DNA of 45,564 nucleotides from Steroidobacteraceae bacterium. Lineage in GTDB: Bacteria; Pseudomonadota; Gammaproteobacteria; Steroidobacterales; Steroidobacteraceae. The DNA lies in NCBI GenBank assembly GCA_036554765.1, contig DATBMQ010000126.1:1-45564 (forward strand), written 5' to 3'. Shown piece after piece: positions 33,897 through 45,086 of the stretch (position 1 is the first letter of the stretch; every line of letters starts with the position of its first letter). Below the pieces are notes generated by a model. The model was not told the origin of the DNA. It did not search any database and saw only the letters and a program-made list of their open reading frames with translations. Position numbers and translations under genes: made by a program.

Positions 33897-36647
33897 TCAG
33901 CCTCCGGTCAGGGCAGCGAGCAGGGTTTCCGCCTCGCGGCGCGATTCGAATTCGGGCGCGGACTCCAGCAGCGAGCGCAGATTCACCGCGGCCTCATTCT
34001 GGCGTCCGGTGCGTGCCTGCGCCGCGGCGTGGTGGAAGCGGATGTCGGGATGCGCAGGCGCGGCGGCCAGCGCCGTCTCCAGGATCCGCATGCCTTCGGC
34101 GGCCCTGCCCTGCTGCACCAGGATCCACCCGTAGGTGTCGGCGATGGCAGGATTGCCGGGCGAAAGCTCGAACGCCCGCTTCGCGGTGGCCACCGCGCGG
34201 CGATCGTTCGCCTGCTGATAGAGCAGGGCAAGATTGTTGAGCGCGAATGCATGCGGACCCGACTGCAGGACCCGCTCGTATTCGGCGATGGCCACGGCCG
34301 CCCGTCCCATCCGGTGATGGCGTTCGGCCAGCAGGTAGCGGGCGCCGACCGCGCGCGGATTGGTCTCGAGCCAGCGCTGCAGCGCGCGTTCCGGCGCCTG
34401 GTCGCCGGCCGCCGCACGCGCGTAGAACTCCTTGATCGCGAGCATTTCGGTCGGCCGGATCGAACCTGCCCGCTGGTAGGCTTGCGCCGCTTCTGCCGGC
34501 CGCCCGCCGGTCGCAAAGAGGTCGCCGCGTATCTCCGCGGCCGCGGACGGCTCCCCGCCGGCGCGCTCGAAGGCGGCCACCCGCTCCAGTCCGCGTTCCA
34601 TGCGCCGGTCGGCGGCATCGAGCGCCGCCAGCATGGCGACCGGCATGGCCGCCGTGGCATCGCGGCGGGTCTCCTGCTCGAGCCGGCTGCGGGCTTCGTC
34701 CTCGCGCCCGAGCGCGATCAGCGCGCGGGCCGCATCCGTCGCGGCACCGTGGACGCCGCGCGCCGCCGCCTCGTTGAAATCGACCAGCGCGCGATCGTAG
34801 TCTGCCTGGCGCACGTGAATCGCCCCGATGCGGTGGTGCACGGCCCCGGCATCGCGCGCCACCGCGAGGGCCTGTTGCAGCAGCGATTCGGCCTGCCGCG
34901 CGTCCTTCTCGGAGTAGCTGAGTTCCGCGAGCCGCAATCGGGGCTCGACCGCGGCGGGGTCGGAGCCGATGGCCTGTTCCAGCCACTTGCGCGCCGCGGA
35001 GCGGTCCTGACGGACCATGGCGACTTCCGCAAGGGCGAGCAATACGCGCTCGTCGCCGGCTTGTGCGCCCAGCGCCTGGCGCAGTTCCGCCTCGGCGGCG
35101 GCCGGGTCGCCCCGGCGCAGGGCAATGGCGGCCAGTCCCAGCCGCCCTTCCACGCTCGCAGCCTCGAGCTCGATCGCGCGGCGGAATGCGGGTTCCGCGG
35201 ACTGGTAGTCGCCGATCGCGAGGAAGTAGGCGCCCGCCGCCGCCTGCGTGCCGGCGTCATCCGGTTTCCCGGCTGCCAGCGCGCTGACGCGCTTGCCCGC
35301 TTCCTCAGGCTGCTGGCCGCGTGTCGCGGCGACGATCGTCAGTTGCCGGCGCTCCTGACCGCCCTGGTCGTCCGGCACGGTCGCCAGCATCTGCCGGGCC
35401 TTCTCCGGCTGGCCGGCCCCAAGGTAGGCCCGGACGAGGTCGAGCCTCAGGCCGGCATTGTCCGGATCCATGGCCACCGAGGCCTCGAGCATCCCGATCG
35501 CCTCGGCGGACTGCCCGGCGCGCAGCATCAGGCTTCCCATCATCCAGCTCGTGGCCGGATGCGACCCGGCGCCGGCGGGCGCGGCGGCCAGGACGCGGCG
35601 CGCGCCTTCGATGTCGTTGCGGGCGACATAGACGCTTGCCAGCAGGTTGCGGGCGTCCACGTTGCCGGGATCGCCGGCGAGCAGCTGCGAGAGTTCCACG
35701 TCCGCCTGTTCCAGCAGCCCCTGGTGCAGCAGCGATGCGCCCAGCAACAGGCGGGCGAGCGACATGTCGGGTCGCTCGACCAGCGCGCGCTGCAGGTCGG
35801 CGGTCGCCGCCGGGTAATCGCGACGGGCGAGTGCCACGCGGGCTTTCAGGAACAGCGTGCCGAACGCACCCGGCGCGCGTTGCTGCATCTGGGAAAGCGC
35901 CTGCTCGGCGGCGGACACGTCCCCGCTCGCCAGGTTCGCTTCGGCGAGGCCTGCGATGGCCCCGACCTGCTCCAGGTAATCGAGCGATGCCTGCCGCCCT
36001 TGCCGGGCTTTCTGGAATGCGTCGCGTGCCGGCAGCGCCTGGCCCAGACTCAGCAGGTAGCGGCCGCGGTACAGCCACCAGCGCGCCTGCTCCGGATCGC
36101 GGGCCTGCAGCCGGTCGAGCGCCGCCAGCGCTTCCGGCTGCCGCCCCGAGAGCCAGAGCGCCTGGGCCTCGAGGAAGGCGGCAGCGTCGTCTTCAGGATC
36201 GCGCTGGCGCGCCTGGCCGATCGTCGCCAGCGCGGACTCTGCATCGCGTTGCCCAAGGGCGCCCTCGGCGCGCAGGCGCAGCCGCGCCTGCTCGTCCAGC
36301 GATGCATCCGCGTCAAGCGCTTCCATCAGTTCCTCGTGACGATCCTGGGCCAGCAGGATCCGATAGCGCAGCAGCGGTTGCGGCGCGATCCCGAGCTGAA
36401 GCGCGCGGTCGTATTCGGCGCGTGCAGTCGCCGCATCGCCGAGGCGCAACATGACCTCCGCCAGCAGCAGTCGTGCCGCGCCATTTGCGGGTGCCTTTTC
36501 GACCGCAGTCCTGGCCTCCGCCATGGCCGCCAGGTAGTCGCCGCCATCGAGCGCCGCCCGCGCGCGATCGAGCCGGTCCTCGACGCCCAGGAACGCGTCG
36601 CAGGCGCAGGCGAAGACGACCGCGGCCACAACCGCCGTGGTCCGCAT
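33897..36647 (-). CDS. prsT: PEP-CTERM system TPR-repeat lipoprotein
   Basis: About 916 aa of continuous TPR repeats. ATG 36647 gives MRTTAVVAAVVFACACD, a lipobox-like VFAC. The track start at 36677 would overlap the xrtA 3' end by 11 nt. Confidence 0.85.
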   Translation of the reverse strand: MRTTAVVAAVVFACACDAFLGVEDRLDRARAALDGGDYLAAMAEARTAVEKAPANGAARLLLAEVMLRLGDAATARAEYDRALQLGIAPQPLLRYRILLAQDRHEELMEALDADASLDEQARLRLRAEGALGQRDAESALATIGQARQRDPEDDAAAFLEAQALWLSGRQPEALAALDRLQARDPEQARWWLYRGRYLLSLGQALPARDAFQKARQGRQASLDYLEQVGAIAGLAEANLASGDVSAAEQALSQMQQRAPGAFGTLFLKARVALARRDYPAATADLQRALVERPDMSLARLLLGASLLHQGLLEQADVELSQLLAGDPGNVDARNLLASVYVARNDIEGARRVLAAAPAGAGSHPATSWMMGSLMLRAGQSAEAIGMLEASVAMDPDNAGLRLDLVRAYLGAGQPEKARQMLATVPDDQGGQERRQLTIVAATRGQQPEEAGKRVSALAAGKPDDAGTQAAAGAYFLAIGDYQSAEPAFRRAIELEAASVEGRLGLAAIALRRGDPAAAEAELRQALGAQAGDERVLLALAEVAMVRQDRSAARKWLEQAIGSDPAAVEPRLRLAELSYSEKDARQAESLLQQALAVARDAGAVHHRIGAIHVRQADYDRALVDFNEAAARGVHGAATDAARALIALGREDEARSRLEQETRRDATAAMPVAMLAALDAADRRMERGLERVAAFERAGGEPSAAAEIRGDLFATGGRPAEAAQAYQRAGSIRPTEMLAIKEFYARAAAGDQAPERALQRWLETNPRAVGARYLLAERHHRMGRAAVAIAEYERVLQSGPHAFALNNLALLYQQANDRRAVATAKRAFELSPGNPAIADTYGWILVQQGRAAEGMRILETALAAAPAHPDIRFHHAAAQARTGRQNEAAVNLRSLLESAPEFESRREAETLLAALTGG

Positions 36648-36666
36648 CCGCCGTCCGTGACGCGCA

Positions 36667-38186
36667 TCAGGCTGCATGGTCAGGAATCATCCCCAGGATC
36701 GAACTTGACATGTCTTGCCAGAAAAGCCGCACAAGTGCCCGAGCATCCTGGCAATTCTCGCCGCATTGTACCGTCAGCGCGATGATTCCGGAGGGAACCG
36801 GGCGCCATAGCGACTGCAGTCCATAGCTCGCCTGGGCGACCGGTGCCCGCAGCGCGGTCCAGCTGCCCACCTTGTAGACATAAGCCAGCAGCCAGCGCTC
36901 GCCCATGGGCGAGCGTGCTTCGATCGTCGCCAGCACGGGGGCACCGGCAACCTCGAGTTCCTCCAGCCGCTGCGGCCAGGAGCGCAGCCACGCTCCGGGC
37001 GCCAGCAGGTTGTTGCGGTAATAGACCAGTTCCTTGCCCGGCTCCTGGCTCCGGTAGAGATTGAGGTACAGCTGGACCCGGCTGCCATCTGCGCGCCGGT
37101 AACTGACGCGCCGCTCGGCATCCGGCCCGGCGAACTGCGGCGACCAGGTGGCGAGCGCAGGCAATGGGCCTTGCCAGGCGCCTGCCGCCACCGGCAGCGG
37201 CGCGATCGCGGCCGGGTCTTCAGCAGCCTGCGCCGGCAACTGCACCGCGGCCGCCGCGGCGCCGAGCAGCAGGAATGGCGCTGCGACGAAAGGCGGCCCG
37301 CGTCCAGCCGTGCCGGGCGCGCGCTCCGGCAGTCCCGTGACCTGCTCCTTGCCGGCCGGGGCGCGCCTTGCGGCGATGACCGCCGCGACGTAGATGGCGA
37401 CCAGCAGGACGGCGAAGACGACATTGCCGAAGGTCTGGTGTTCCACCGCGACCAGGTAGTGCTGCATGTCGGACGCGTGGCCGGCCGCGATCACGACGAA
37501 GATGCGGATCCAGTTGGCGACCAGTGCGAGAGCCCCGCCTGCCGCGACCAGGGCCGCAAGCCGCCAGCCGCGCAGCTGGCGGATCATCCCGGCGATCACG
37601 GAAACCGCGAGCGCCACCACGAAAAAGCGCTTCCCGCTGCAGCCCTCGATGATCTCGAAGCTGCCTGCCGGCAGCGTCACGAGGTACTCGTCGACCTGCG
37701 CCGGGATCCCGACCAGGCTCAGCATCGCCTCCGTCACCTGCACGCTGAGCCACTGCAGCGTCGGCAGCAGGAATTCCCAGACCGGAATGGCGAAGTAGAG
37801 GTAGGCCAGCGGCGCGGCGACTTCGCGCGCGACCTTCCAGCCCGCGGCCGCGTGGATCGCGAGCCAGGCGATGAGCGGGAACAGCGCCTCCATGGCGATG
37901 TCGCTGTGCGCGCGCAACGCGACCAGCCAGGCGAGCAGCGCGACACCGAGCGCCGCCAGTCCCGCCGGCGCGGGCCGCAGCGGCTCGGCGCGCAGGCGCC
38001 AGGCCACCGCCACCAGCCAGGCCAGCGCCACCGGCGCAATCAGGAACCCGTGCTGGTAATCGCGGACCTGGACCCAGTTGGCGACGATCGAAGCAGTGGC
38101 GGGCCAGAGCGCGGCGGACACGGCGGCCAGGGCCAACGCAACCAGCAAGGTGACGCGCAGGTTGCCGAGCCAGGCGCGTGCCCCGT

Positions 38187-38190
<4 letters not shown>
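36667..38190 (-). CDS. xrtA: Exosortase A fused to a C-terminal EpsI-family domain
   Basis: This is the real gene inside the 806-aa track ORF. ATG 38190 overlaps the prsR stop (ATGA). It has about 8 TM helices and the exosortase signature residues EIIEGCSGKRF (Cys), LVANWIRIF (Arg) and AAGHASDMQHY (His). The C-terminal roughly 200 aa are a soluble EpsI-like domain (RVQLYLNLYRSQEPGKELV). Confidence 0.9.
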
Positions 38191-39556
<1,366 letters not shown>

Positions 39557-39560
<4 letters not shown>

Positions 39561-41623
39561 GTTCCACCTGCCTGCTGCTCGAAGATCGGCAGACGTATCT
39601 CGAAGCGCGTGCCCTTGCCCGGCTGGCTTTCGACATGCACCGACCCGCCGATGCCCTGCACGTATTCCCGGACCTGGTAGGCGCCGATGCCCATCCCCTT
39701 GGCACCCTTGGTGCTGTCGAATGGCCGGAACAGCCGCTCGCGCACGAACTCCGGGCTCATGCCGGCGCCGTCGTCGGCCACCAGGATCCGCGCCTGCCCT
39801 GCGGCGGTCGCGATCGACAGTCTAATGCTGTCCGACGGCGCACTCGCGTCCTGGGCGTTGCGGATCACGTGCTCGAGCGCGCTCGACAGGCGGGCGGCAT
39901 CGGCCCGCACGCGCACCGGCTCCCCGGGAACCTCCGTGAGCGCCAGCGCAGGCGTGCGGCCGGCACAGCGCTCGACCACGGCCTGCGCCACGCTCACCAC
40001 GTCGACCGCCGTGGCCTCGTGCGCGCGCGAGCTGTCGCGCAGCTGTTCGATCAGCCGGTTCATGCGCTCCGCCGCATTGCCGACGGTGACGATCATGTCC
40101 GCGACGAATTCCGGGTTGTCGCGGTGCCGCGCGGCATTGCCGACCACCAGCTGCAGCTGCGCAACGGCGTTCTTGAGGTCGTGCATCAGGAACGCCGTCA
40201 ACCGGTGATAGGCCTCGAACTGGCGTGCCTCGGCGAGCCTCCGGTCGGCATCCTGCTGGGCGATCAGCGTCGCCACGTGCCGGCCCACCGTGCGCAGCAG
40301 GTCGCGGTCCTCGTAGGTCGGCTCGAACGGCGGCGGCGGGTCATAAAGCACGATGAAACCGCGTGGCTCGCTGCCCTCCAGCAGCGGCGAAATCAGGCGC
40401 ACCTGCCCGGATTCGCGCAGCCAGCCGGGAACCTCGACCTTGCGCCGGGCGCGGCGCTCGTGCGCCAGCTCGCGCAGGTCCAGGATCCACTGCTGCTCGG
40501 CCATCAGCCGCACCATCGGATGCCCGTCCTCGACCGGCTGGAATCCCGGCAGGTCGCCGAGGCCCATCGGCCATGCCGCCGCAGGCACGAACTGATGCCC
40601 TGAGGCGTCGCGCACGTAGAGCACGCCGCCGGGACTGTCGAAAATCTGTGCGATGGCCTGCACGCTGGTGCGGCGGACGTCCGCATGGCCGGCGCCGGCC
40701 AGCGTCTCCACGAAGCGCAGCCATTCGACCCGGTAGTCGTACTTGTTGCGGAAGAAATGCTTGCTGACGAAGACCCGCAGCCGGCGGTGTGCGAATCCCG
40801 TCATCACGACGACCGCCAGCACGATGGCCGCGCCCACGAAGAACACCAGGTTCGCGGCCGTTCCCCAGCGTCCGCCGACGGCCTGCAGCAGGTAACCGCC
40901 GAGCGCCATCAGCAGCAGGTAGACGCCGATCGCGATGACCGAAGTCGTGAACATGACCGCCTGGCGCGAGACGAAGACGTCCAGCGACCACTGCGGATTG
41001 CGGCGTGCAGCGATCGCGATCAACGGGACCATCATGGCCGTCACGAGGCCGCGCGCAAACCAGGCATCCTCGGCGACTCCGTCGAACAGCGCCGCCTGCG
41101 AGTAGAGGAAGAGGTCGTAGGCGAACACGCCGCCCAGGCCGATCACGAGGAATCGCAGCGCGATCCGGTCGGCCGGCGCCGCATTGCGGTAGACCTGCTC
41201 GAGCAGCACCAGCACGGTCAGCGCCATGGCGATGCCGCTGGTCACGAACAGGTCGTCGGGACCCAGGCGCGTGAGTCCCGCGCCGCGCAGCGCGGCCAGC
41301 GCCCAGGCCGCCGCCAGCAGTGCAAGCCACAACGTGCGCGCACCGATCGCGAGCGCCCGCGGCACCAGCAGCCGCCCGAGTCCCAGCACGACCGCGATCC
41401 AGGCGCCGTCGCGCAGGATCTCGAGCGTGTACACGGGCAGCAGCGGCAGGTCGGGGCGCGCGGCCTGCCAGGCGATCATGCCCGCCCAGGCGGCGGTCGC
41501 GGCGACCGCCACGATCAGGCGCCGGCCCGCCGCGCGCCCTTTCCAGCTGGTGGCGAGCATCGCCAGCAGCAGCAGGAATCCGAGGCAGGCGGTGCCGTAG
41601 CTGATGAGCCCGAAGGTGCTCAC
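39557..41623 (-). CDS. prsK: PEP-CTERM system sensor histidine kinase
   Basis: 688 aa with a GTG start. The N-terminal half is polytopic membrane. Kinase motifs: H-box FLMHDLKNAV, N-box HVIRNAQDA, G1 VADDGAGM, G2 GMGIGAY. Its stop overlaps the prsR ATG (ATGA). Confidence 0.85.
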
Positions 41624-41633
41624 ATGCGCCCCT

Positions 41634-43025
41634 TCACCGCGCGCCCTTGCCGAACAGCACGACTTCCACCGTCTGCACCAGGATGGCGATGTCGAACAGC
41701 ACGCTGCGGTTCTTGATGTAGTACAGGTCGTATTGCAGCTTCTCGGCCGCGTCCTGCTCGGAGGATCCGTACGGGTAGCAGAGCTGGGCCCAGCCGGTCA
41801 GGCCCGGCGCCACCACGTGACGCTCGCGGTAATAGGGGATCGTCTGCGACAGCTCCTCCACGAACTCCGGCCGCTCCGGACGCGGGCCGACGAAGCGCAT
41901 CTCGCCTTTCAGGACGTTGAAGACCTGCGGGAACTCGTCGATGCGCAGCTTGCGGATCAGGCGCCCGACCCAGGTGACGCGCTCGTCGCCAGGCCCGGCC
42001 CAGCGCGCCACGCCATCCCGCTCCGCGTCCACGCCCATGCTGCGGAACTTCAGGACGTCGAAGGCCTTGCCGAAGCGGCCCACGCGGCGCTGGCGGTAGA
42101 GCACCGGCGCGCGCCAGCCGTCCTCGAACTTGATCGCGATCGCGGTCAGCAGCATGAACGGCCAGGCGACCGCGAGCAGCGCCATGCTGGCGAACAGGTC
42201 GAGCGCCGCGCCCAGCACGTCGCGCCACAGGCTGCGGCGGAATCCCTCGGAAAAGATCATCCAGCTCGGGTGCAGCACGTCGAGGCGGACCTTGCCGGTC
42301 TCGCGCTCGAGGAAGCTGAGGAGCTCGATGATGTCGATGCCGTGCAGCCGGCAGTCGAGCAGGTCGTGCAACGGAAAAGCGCGCCGCCGGTCGTCCATGG
42401 CGACGACGATCTCGTCCACTTCATTGCGGTCGCAGAACGCAAACAGTTCCCCGGGCTGGAACTCGAGCGCCTCGGAACCGGGGGCGGCGTCGCCCTCGGT
42501 GCGCACGTAGCCCACGATCTGGAAGCCGATCTTGTCGGTGCGGCGCTTCAGCCCGCTGATGCTCCGGGTCTGCCAGCCGGCGCCGTAGACCAGCACCCGC
42601 CGCTTGAACAGCTCGCTCGGCAGGAAGCGCGCGAGCGCGTACCGCAGCACGAAGTTGCCGACCACGGCGAGCAGCAGCGCAGCCGCATAGCGGGGCGGCG
42701 AGATCTGGAAGGCGGGCAGCAGCCAGGCCAGGATGGACAGCGCCACGAAGGCCGCGACCGCGGCCAGCGCGAGGCGCAACGAGATGCCGATCGGCCCGGC
42801 GCGCAGGCGCGAGTTGTGCAGGCCCATCGCGGCCTGCGCCAGCACCAGCATGCCGGCGAAGACCAGCAGTTCCTCGACCGACACCGGCGGCCAGGCCGCG
42901 CCCGTGACCCACGGCAGCAGCCAGTTGCCGGCCGCCTGCAAGGCGATGACCGCGAGCGCCGCCTCAAGCAATATGAGCAGGACGACAGGCAGCTGGATGT
43001 AGTGCCGGAAGATGCGAATTGACAT
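41634..43025 (-). CDS. epsB: Priming polyprenyl-phosphate sugar-phosphate transferase (bacterial sugar transferase family), PEP-CTERM system type
   Basis: ATG 43025 gives MSIRIFRHYIQLPVVLL; the track start GTG 43034 is 3 codons upstream. It has N-terminal TM helices and the C-terminal catalytic domain motifs DEFPQVFNVLKGEMRFVGPRPERP and PGLTGWAQ. Confidence 0.85.
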   Translation of the reverse strand: MSIRIFRHYIQLPVVLLILLEAALAVIALQAAGNWLLPWVTGAAWPPVSVEELLVFAGMLVLAQAAMGLHNSRLRAGPIGISLRLALAAVAAFVALSILAWLLPAFQISPPRYAAALLLAVVGNFVLRYALARFLPSELFKRRVLVYGAGWQTRSISGLKRRTDKIGFQIVGYVRTEGDAAPGSEALEFQPGELFAFCDRNEVDEIVVAMDDRRRAFPLHDLLDCRLHGIDIIELLSFLERETGKVRLDVLHPSWMIFSEGFRRSLWRDVLGAALDLFASMALLAVAWPFMLLTAIAIKFEDGWRAPVLYRQRRVGRFGKAFDVLKFRSMGVDAERDGVARWAGPGDERVTWVGRLIRKLRIDEFPQVFNVLKGEMRFVGPRPERPEFVEELSQTIPYYRERHVVAPGLTGWAQLCYPYGSSEQDAAEKLQYDLYYIKNRSVLFDIAILVQTVEVVLFGKGAR

Positions 43026-43203
43026 ACCACGCACGACGCCGGCGCCGCAGGGCTGCGGCGTGTCGGCGGATTTGACGAACCCCGTCGGCAGTCTAGACGA
43101 TCAAAGTGGCCGGAGCGTGAACTGCGTCACAGTCCGCCGAGATGCTACATTTGGCTTATATGCTTGATCTGCCGAACAAAAACCACCCTGGAGCGGTCAC
43201 GCC

Positions 43204-43461
43204 ATGAGCGACCTCAAGAAGGCATTCGAAGCGGCCCAGGCAGCCGCCAAGAAGCTGCCGGCGAAGCCCGACAACGACACGCTGCTGGAGCTCTACTCGT
43301 ACTACAAGCAGGCGACCGAGGGCGACGCCGCGGGCGACCGTCCCGGCGCCTTCGACTTCGTGGCACGCGCCAAGTACGACGCCTGGGCCGCGCGCAAGGG
43401 GATGAGCAAGGACGTGGCCATGAAGGGCTACGTCAAGCTGGTCGAGCACCTGCAAGGATAG
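43204..43461 (+). CDS. Acyl-CoA-binding protein (ACBP family)
   Basis: 85 aa. It shows the ACBP signature DNDTLLELYSYYKQATEGD ... KYDAW ... GMSKDVAMKGYV. GGAG lies about 10 nt upstream of the ATG. Confidence 0.9.
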   Translation: MSDLKKAFEAAQAAAKKLPAKPDNDTLLELYSYYKQATEGDAAGDRPGAFDFVARAKYDAWAARKGMSKDVAMKGYVKLVEHLQG

Positions 43462-43462
43462 T

Positions 43463-43538
43463 TGGCGTCCCCACGGGGATTCGAACCCCGGTTGCCGCCG
43501 TGAAAGGGCGGTGTCCTAGGCCTCTAGACGATGGGGAC
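43463..43538 (-). tRNA. tRNA-Glu (anticodon UUC), CCA encoded
   Basis: The reverse complement is GTCCCCATCGTCTAGAGGCCTAGGACACCGCCCTTTCACGGCGGCAACCGGGGTTCGAATCCCCGTGGGGACGCCA. It folds as a cloverleaf: acceptor GTCCCCA/TGGGGAC, anticodon stem CCGCC/GGCGG with loop CTTTCAC, T arm CGGGG/CCCCG. Confidence 0.97.
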
Positions 43539-43547
43539 CCGGGAAAT

Positions 43548-43623
<76 letters not shown>

Positions 43624-43638
43624 ACGCAGCGGGCCGGA

Positions 43639-43667
43639 ATTCTGCGGATCGCAGTCCCGCGTGTCAA
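43639..43667 (-). promoter_or_regulatory. Candidate sigma-70 promoter TTGACA-N17-CAGAAT for the tRNA-Ala/tRNA-Glu pair
   Basis: The minus strand reads TTGACA (43667..43662), a 17-nt spacer, then CAGAAT (43644..43639). The -10 ends 15 nt upstream of the mature tRNA-Ala 5' end. The -35 hexamer contains the TGA stop of the oxidoreductase gene. Confidence 0.5.
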
Positions 43668-44710
43668 ATCAGCGGCTTGCCGAAACGGCGGATTTCCTGG
43701 TCCAGCCTGACCGGCCGGCCGTTCTGCAACAGCGACTCCTGCGCGGCCTCCAGCACCTGGACCACGCGCAGCCCGTCGTAGCCGTCGCTGACGGGGGTCT
43801 TGCGCTCGCGGATGCAGTCCAGGAAATGCAGGCATTCCAGGCGCAGCGGCTCGCTCATCTTGATGTAGGGCATGGTGATGTCGCCGAAGCGCAGGCTGAC
43901 GTACTCGGCGAACGAGCCGTAGTCCGGGTTCAGCTGCGCGCCCTTGTCGTAGACCTTGAGCTTCTCGGTCGGCTCGAGGTCGTCGAACACCGCCATCTTG
44001 CGGTTGCCGACGAAGGTGAGCCGGCGGATCTTGTGCGGGTCCAGCCAGCTCACGTGGATGTGGGCCAGCATGTCGTCGCCGAAATTGAGGGTCAGGAACA
44101 CCACGTCCTCGATCCCCTTCTGCAGGTAGCACTGGCCGCGCGCCGCCACGTCGGTCGGCTCGCGACCCAGCACGTACAGGATCGAGGAGATGTCGTGCGG
44201 CGCGAAGTTCCACATCGCATTCTCGTCGCCGCGTACCGTGCCGAGGTTCAGGCGCTGGGCGTACACGTAGTGCAGCTTGCCGAGCTCCTCCCTCGCGACC
44301 ATCTCGCGCAGCCGGTTCACGACCGGGTGATACTCGAGCAGGTGCCCGACCATCAGCAGCCGGCCGCGCGCCTCGGCGATGCGGATCAGCTCCCGGGCGT
44401 CCGCGCTGTTGAGGACCAGCGGCTTCTCGACGAACACGTCCTTGTCGGCCTCGAGCGCGCGTTTCGCGAGCTCGAAATGCCGCGGGCCGGTCGTGGCGAT
44501 CACGATGCCGCGGATTTCGGGATCCTTGAGCGCGACGTCGAGGTCGGCGACCGGCGTCACCCGCGGAAAGCGCGTGGCGAATTCCTGCCGGCGCTTGTCG
44601 TCCAGGTCGCAGACGTACTTGAGGTTGGCCTGGGCGATCTCTGCGAAATTGCGCGCCAGGTTCTTGCCCCAGCCGCCGACGCCCACGACCGCGATGCCGA
44701 TCGGCTCCAC
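43664..44710 (-). CDS. Gfo/Idh/MocA family NAD(P)-dependent oxidoreductase (sugar-nucleotide dehydrogenase-like)
   Basis: This is the real gene inside the 437-aa track ORF. GTG 44710 gives VEPIGIAVVGVGGWGKNLARNF (Rossmann GxGxxG), with a G-rich SD 5-9 nt upstream. EKPL and the C-terminal alpha/beta domain are typical of the family. Confidence 0.8.
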   Translation of the reverse strand: MEPIGIAVVGVGGWGKNLARNFAEIAQANLKYVCDLDDKRRQEFATRFPRVTPVADLDVALKDPEIRGIVIATTGPRHFELAKRALEADKDVFVEKPLVLNSADARELIRIAEARGRLLMVGHLLEYHPVVNRLREMVAREELGKLHYVYAQRLNLGTVRGDENAMWNFAPHDISSILYVLGREPTDVAARGQCYLQKGIEDVVFLTLNFGDDMLAHIHVSWLDPHKIRRLTFVGNRKMAVFDDLEPTEKLKVYDKGAQLNPDYGSFAEYVSLRFGDITMPYIKMSEPLRLECLHFLDCIRERKTPVSDGYDGLRVVQVLEAAQESLLQNGRPVRLDQEIRRFGKPLI

Positions 44711-44724
44711 CGGGCCCCCGGCGC

Positions 44725-44949
44725 TCAGGCGCGGCCCCTGCGCAGCTCGGCCAGGATTTCCCGCAGCAGCAACCCGATCGCGAACACCATCAGGATCGCC
44801 CCGAACTCGAGGATGCGGCCGGCCGTGTAGGCGTGCCCCTGGAGCGAGGCGCCGACCGACTGCACGGCCCATTCGACGATCGCGAATAACGCCAGGCCGA
44901 GCGCTCCTGCGAGCGCCAGCCGACCCGCCCAGCTGAACATGGTTTCCAT
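44725..44949 (-). CDS. Small (74-aa) two-TM membrane protein, unknown function
   Basis: ATG 44949 lies within the 106-aa track ORF, preceded by AGAGGGG about 8 nt upstream. The product is METMFSWAGRLALAGALGLALFAIVEW...ILEFGAILMVFAIGLLLREILAELRRGRA. Codons are GC3-rich. Its stop is 14 nt upstream of the oxidoreductase GTG. Confidence 0.5.
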   Translation of the reverse strand: METMFSWAGRLALAGALGLALFAIVEWAVQSVGASLQGHAYTAGRILEFGAILMVFAIGLLLREILAELRRGRA

Positions 44950-45031
44950 GCGACGACCCCTCTTTCCGTCCAGGCATGCCAGTATCAGTCGGCGTGGAAC
45001 GAAATCAAGCGCGGCGCCGCGAGCACCAGAC

Positions 45032-45060
45032 GCAAGCGGCGCCACCAGGGCGCCGCTCGC
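45032..45060 (-). terminator. GC-rich hairpin downstream of the PEP-CTERM gene (candidate terminator)
   Basis: The minus strand reads GCGAGCGGCGCC ctggt GGCGCCGCTTGC, a 9-bp perfect stem extendable to 12 with one G-U. It begins 27 nt after the stop at 45087. The downstream tail TTGCGTCT is only weakly U-rich. Confidence 0.45.
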
Positions 45061-45086
45061 TCAAGCTCGACTGGAAACCGCTGCGG

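Noticed and set aside
33888-36785. 965-aa plus-strand ORF
   Set aside because: It is antisense to prsT. The product is Arg/Gly/Ala/Gln-rich without repeats or motifs, while the minus strand encodes continuous TPR repeats with a lipoprotein signal and fits operon context.
43152-43166. Sigma-54-like TGGCTTATATGCTTG on the plus strand upstream of the ACBP gene
   Set aside because: The GG-to-GC distance is 9 nt instead of 12. CGGCAGATCAAGCA on the minus strand in the same region is also mis-spaced, at 10 nt.
43156-43455. 99-aa minus-strand ORF
   Set aside because: It is antisense to the ACBP gene, which has a textbook family signature and an SD. The shadow product has no features.
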